A stretch of 64,000 nt of DNA from an uncultured Planctomycetaceae bacterium (lineage in GTDB: Bacteria > Planctomycetota > Planctomycetia > Pirellulales > UBA1268). Under the pieces are notes generated by a model. The model did no database searches and had not been told where the DNA came from. It saw only the letters and a list, made by a program, of their open reading frames with translations. The position numbers were made by a program, and so were the translations under genes. Location of the stretch: the NCBI GenBank assembly GCA_903885565.1, contig CAISJI010000010.1, positions 899-64,898 on the forward strand, given 5' to 3'. This document shows, piece after piece, positions 60,273 through 64,000 of the stretch (position 1 is its first letter; every line of letters starts with the position of its first letter).

Positions 60273-61769
60273 ATGCACACTCCAGCCGATGCCTCCGGTG
60301 CGGGCAGCTTCTGCCGACGCACGCGGCGCGAATTTTTCTGGGAAGCGGGCGCCTCGTTTACGGGGCTGGCGCTTTCCGGCCTGCTTGACCAGCCCTTTTT
60401 TGCCCGCCAGACCCGCGCTGCAGACGGAGTGGCGGCCTTCACCAATCCCCTCGCCGCGAAACTTCCCCACTTCGCCCCCAAGGCGAAGAGTGTGATCTTT
60501 CTCTTTATGTATGGCGGCCCGAGTCAGGTCGACACCTTCGACTACAAGCCGAAGCTCTATGGCCTCGACGGTCAGACGATCGAGGTGAAGACGAAGGGGC
60601 GGGGGGGAGAGAAGAATCAGGGGCGCGTGGTCGGGCCGAAGTGGAAGTTCAAACAATATGGGGCTTGCGGGAAGTGGGTTTCTGACCTCTTTCCGCATCT
60701 GTCCAATCATGTCGATGACATTGCCTTCCTCCATTCGATGACCGCTGATTCGCCGATCCATGGTTCGGCGATGCTGCAGATGAATTCGGGCAAGATCCAA
60801 AGCGGGGCCCCCTGTCTCGGCTCGTGGGCCAACTACGGCTTGGGCAGCGTGAACGAAAATCTGCCCGGATTTGTCGTCATGCTCGATCCGACCGGCGGGC
60901 CTATCTCCGGGGCGAAGAACTGGTCGAGCGGCTACATGCCCGCCACCTATCAGGGCACGCTGTTGCGTTCGAAGGGGGCGCCGATTCTGGATCTGGCCCC
61001 GCCCGATGATATGTCTCTGGAAAGCCAGCGCGTGATGCTCGATGCGCTCCGCGAGGCGAACACAGCCCACCTCCTGCCGCGGGGCGACAACACTGAACTG
61101 GCAGCGCGGATCGCCTCCTATGAGCTGGCCTGGAAGATGCAGGAGCATGCTCCTGAGGCGGTCGATCTGACCCGCGAGACCGAGGAAACGAAGCAGCTCT
61201 ATGGAATCGAGAATCCCCGCACCGCCGACTTCGGCAGGCGTTGCCTGCTGGCCCGGCGGCTGGTGGAACGCGGCGTGCGGTTTGTGCAACTCTATTCCGG
61301 CGGTGCCCACAACGACGACAACTGGGACGCCCACGGCGATTTGGAGAAGAACCACAACTTCCACGCCGGCAATACCGATCAACCGATCGCGGCCCTGCTG
61401 ACCGATCTCAAACGCACCGGTCTGCTGGAGAGCACGCTGGTGGTGTGGGGAGGGGAATTTGGTCGGCAGCCAACGGCCGAATATGCCGCCGGGACGGGGC
61501 GCGACCACAATGCCTACGGCTTCACGATGTGGATGGCCGGCGGCGGGATCAAGGGAGGCGTGAGCGTGGGCGAAACCGACGAACTCGGCGCCGCGGCAAT
61601 CACGCCTCTCCATGATGGCCGGACTGGCTTCCATGTGAAGAGCCTGCACGCCACAATCCTCCACCAACTCGGCCTCGATCCCAACCGGCTGAGCTACTTC
61701 TTTGGCGGCCTCGACCAGAAGCTCGTGGGCGTGGAGCATGTCGAGCCGATTCGGGAGATTCTGGCGTAG
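60273..61769 (+). CDS. DUF1501 protein 3
   Basis: TRREFF, GGPSQVDTFD, WDAH, GEFGR, GRDHN. Confidence 0.93.
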   Translation: MHTPADASGAGSFCRRTRREFFWEAGASFTGLALSGLLDQPFFARQTRAADGVAAFTNPLAAKLPHFAPKAKSVIFLFMYGGPSQVDTFDYKPKLYGLDGQTIEVKTKGRGGEKNQGRVVGPKWKFKQYGACGKWVSDLFPHLSNHVDDIAFLHSMTADSPIHGSAMLQMNSGKIQSGAPCLGSWANYGLGSVNENLPGFVVMLDPTGGPISGAKNWSSGYMPATYQGTLLRSKGAPILDLAPPDDMSLESQRVMLDALREANTAHLLPRGDNTELAARIASYELAWKMQEHAPEAVDLTRETEETKQLYGIENPRTADFGRRCLLARRLVERGVRFVQLYSGGAHNDDNWDAHGDLEKNHNFHAGNTDQPIAALLTDLKRTGLLESTLVVWGGEFGRQPTAEYAAGTGRDHNAYGFTMWMAGGGIKGGVSVGETDELGAAAITPLHDGRTGFHVKSLHATILHQLGLDPNRLSYFFGGLDQKLVGVEHVEPIREILA

Positions 61770-61789
61770 CAGCATTTCGTGCCATCACC

Positions 61790-62668
61790 GTGCTCACGCT
61801 GCCTAGCAGGCTGTGGGGACAGTGCAGCATCGCTGGATGCGATGCCCGTCGACCGTGGAAAACCTCGGCTTTTTCACCAGTCGACTTCGTGGACTGTATT
61901 CAAACCAGAGGCCATGGATGGCTTTTTCCACAGCCAGCCAGAGCCGCAGCCACCGGCATCCTGCTCGGCGGCCTGCTGCTGCAGTACACCGGCTGTCGCC
62001 CTGCGGCGGATACGGCTGCAGTTCAGCAAGCGCCCGACGCCGTCGCTCCCATAGCGACGCCGACTGTCGCGGCCCAGATCGCGGCGGTGCAGGCGGGGGA
62101 GGCGACGCGGCTGCGCGTGGCCGACCGGCCTCTGAGCGCAGAGGAGTGGCAGGAGGTGGCCCGCCTGAAGGCTCTGGAAGAGCTGACACTCGAGCGGGGC
62201 CGGGCCGATGACACCCATGCCGCGATTGTGGCGGAATTGCCCAGATTGCGGAAAGTGGTGCTGCGGGAGTCGCCGCTGACCGACGAGGGGCTGCGGCAGA
62301 TGGCCCGGTGCCGCACGCTGGAAACCATCAACCTGCCACAGGCGGCCTGCACCGTGGAGGGGCTGCGGGCGCTTGCTGAGCTTCCGCGGCTCACAAGCCT
62401 GCGGCTGGGAAGTCCGCGGCTGGCCGGCCCGGAGGTGGGGGCTGCTCTGGCTGGTTTTCCTGCCCTGCGTTCGCTCCATCTGATCGACGTGCCGTTGGGG
62501 GATCGGGGGCTTGAGGCCCTGGGCACGCTCCCGGGGCTCTGGAATCTCTATCTCGACGGGGCGGGGGTGTCGGATGCGGCGTGGGAAGAGTATTTTCGTA
62601 GGCAGCCCGATGTGCATGTGCATGTCGATCAGACCCATCACGATCGCGACCCCGGCCGCCATCAATAA
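61790..62668 (+). CDS. Leucine-rich-repeat lipoprotein with in-frame MITE in its N-terminus
   Basis: LRKVVL..LTDEGL, LRSLHL..LGDRGL repeats; GILLGGLLLQYTGC lipobox-like segment. Confidence 0.75.
   Translation: MLTLPSRLWGQCSIAGCDARRPWKTSAFSPVDFVDCIQTRGHGWLFPQPARAAATGILLGGLLLQYTGCRPAADTAAVQQAPDAVAPIATPTVAAQIAAVQAGEATRLRVADRPLSAEEWQEVARLKALEELTLERGRADDTHAAIVAELPRLRKVVLRESPLTDEGLRQMARCRTLETINLPQAACTVEGLRALAELPRLTSLRLGSPRLAGPEVGAALAGFPALRSLHLIDVPLGDRGLEALGTLPGLWNLYLDGAGVSDAAWEEYFRRQPDVHVHVDQTHHDRDPGRHQ
61803..61941 (+). mobile_element. MITE family A copy 5
   Basis: CTAG|CAGGCTGTGG...TTTTTCCACAGCCAG|CCAG; 131 bp + 4 bp duplication. Confidence 0.88.
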
Positions 62669-62688
62669 CTTCACAGGGCTTCTTTCAG

Positions 62689-63756
62689 ATGACGCAGGCC
62701 AAGCCACCGAAACGACGGTTCTTCACCGCGGCCCTGCTCTGTGCGGCTGTGGCCTGCTCCTTCTGGATGATCTTCCCGGCGGCCGCCGGCCTCACCGCTG
62801 CAGGCTGCATGGTGCAGGCTGCCAAGACGTGGCTGGCGACGCTCGTGCCGGAGCAGGTGGCGGTGGCCCAGAAGCCGTTTGATGATCCGCAGCGAACGGG
62901 CTGGCATTTTGTGCCAAAATTCCAGCGCAAGGGGCTGTCTTTGCGCGACATGAACCCGGCCCAGCAGCACGCGGCACTCGATCTGCTGCGGGCAGCGGTC
63001 TCGCCGCAGGGCTATGAGACGTCGCTTGGCATCATGCAGCGCGACGAGATCCTGCGCCTGATTGAGGGGGAGAAGGCGAAGAACATCCGCGACGCGCAGC
63101 GCTATTTCTTCACGCTCTTCGGCACGCCGGAGGCTACCGGCTCGTGGGGGCTGTCGGTGGAAGGGCATCACCTCTCGCTCAACTTCACCGTGCGCGACGG
63201 CCGGGTTGTTGACAGCACACCGCAATTCATGGGAGCCAGTCCCGCCGAGGTGCGCACGGCGCTCGCGGGCCAGCCGCCGGTGGGCCATCGATTGCTCAAA
63301 GACGAGGAGACACTCGCTTTTGAACTGGTGCGTGCCCTCGATGCCACCCAGCGTGCCACCGCCATTGTGGCGCCTGAGGCGCCGCGTGACATACGAGCGG
63401 CTGGCGAAGCGCAGGCTCCCCAGGCGGCCCCACAGGGAATTCCCTTTGAGGCGCTCAATCCTCAGCAGCAGGCGCTGCTGCGCCGGATTGTCGAGGCCTC
63501 CTGTGCCGGCATGCATCCGGAAGTGGCGGCTGAACGGCTGGCGGCAATTGAAAAGGCGGAGGGGGGATGGAATGCAGTGCGCTTCGCTTGGGCGGGGGCG
63601 CTGGAACCGGGCATCGGCCACTGGTATCTGGTCGAAAATCCCGCCTTCAGTTTGGAGTTCTGCAATGTGCAGCCCGATGCCGAAGGCAATCCCGCCAACC
63701 ACGTCCACTGCATCTACCGCGACCGCAGCGGCGATTTCGATCTGCCCCCCCGCTGA
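62689..63756 (+). CDS. DUF3500 domain protein
   Basis: WHFVP..RKGL, YFFTLFGTP, EGHHLSLN, TPQFMG, NHVH..RD..GDF. Confidence 0.85.
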   Translation: MTQAKPPKRRFFTAALLCAAVACSFWMIFPAAAGLTAAGCMVQAAKTWLATLVPEQVAVAQKPFDDPQRTGWHFVPKFQRKGLSLRDMNPAQQHAALDLLRAAVSPQGYETSLGIMQRDEILRLIEGEKAKNIRDAQRYFFTLFGTPEATGSWGLSVEGHHLSLNFTVRDGRVVDSTPQFMGASPAEVRTALAGQPPVGHRLLKDEETLAFELVRALDATQRATAIVAPEAPRDIRAAGEAQAPQAAPQGIPFEALNPQQQALLRRIVEASCAGMHPEVAAERLAAIEKAEGGWNAVRFAWAGALEPGIGHWYLVENPAFSLEFCNVQPDAEGNPANHVHCIYRDRSGDFDLPPR

Positions 63757-63801
63757 CGCTGGCTCTGCCGAAGGGAACCCAAGCTTGTGCGCACGATATC
63801 C

Positions 63802-64000
63802 ATGAGCCACAGCCTGCGAGGGATTGTGCTGGCGGGAGCCGCCGCTTTGATTGGCAGCGCTGCAGGAGCGGATGAATTCGCCTTCGAGGGGCTTTCGCTC
63901 TCTGTGCCGGAGGGCTTTTTGGTGGAGCAGGTGGCAGCACCTCCGCTGATCGACCGACCGGTGACGTTCGATTTCGATGAACTCGGCCGGCTCTATGTGG
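63802..64000 (+). CDS. PVC-type heme-binding/dehydrogenase-like protein, 5' part only
   Basis: Signal peptide then LSVPEGFLVEQVAAPPLIDRP..FDELGRLYV. Confidence 0.7.
   Translation, partial: MSHSLRGIVLAGAAALIGSAAGADEFAFEGLSLSVPEGFLVEQVAAPPLIDRPVTFDFDELGRLYV

Noticed and set aside
7677-61941. Dispersed repeats as CRISPR or integron attC arrays
   Set aside because: Not regularly spaced, no unique spacers, no cas or integrase gene, no clear RYYYAAC/GTTRRRY ends.

Overview
GC-rich bacterial DNA, almost certainly Planctomycetota (Pirellulales-like). Evidence: three DUF1549/DUF1553-cytochrome c + DUF1501 gene pairs, a sulfatase, a BBP7-like barrel, a PVC-type heme protein and a planctomycete-type LepB. 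The backbone is housekeeping and metabolic: ftsH, dxr-rseP, lepA, lepB-lptB, tRNA-Val(GAC), thrS, phoH-like, glsA, glnA. Three toxin-antitoxin (TA) islets interrupt it (18.7-21.4 kb; 31.4-33.8 kb beside the tRNA; 54.0-54.9 kb). They hold three paralogous small-protein/MenT-like nucleotidyltransferase pairs, two PIN modules, an AbiEi gene and an addiction-module gene, and several toxins are visibly broken. Three families of non-autonomous repeats occur. Family A is a ~131-148 bp MITE with YTAR target duplications; one copy sits in-frame inside a lipoprotein signal peptide. Family B is a ~145 bp element with a conserved foldable core. Family C is a short REP-like arm found only in the TA islets, once as a nearly empty inverted pair and once bracketing a whole TA module. 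No CRISPR, rRNA, integrase or intact transposase was seen. All family calls come from motif recognition by eye, not database searches.
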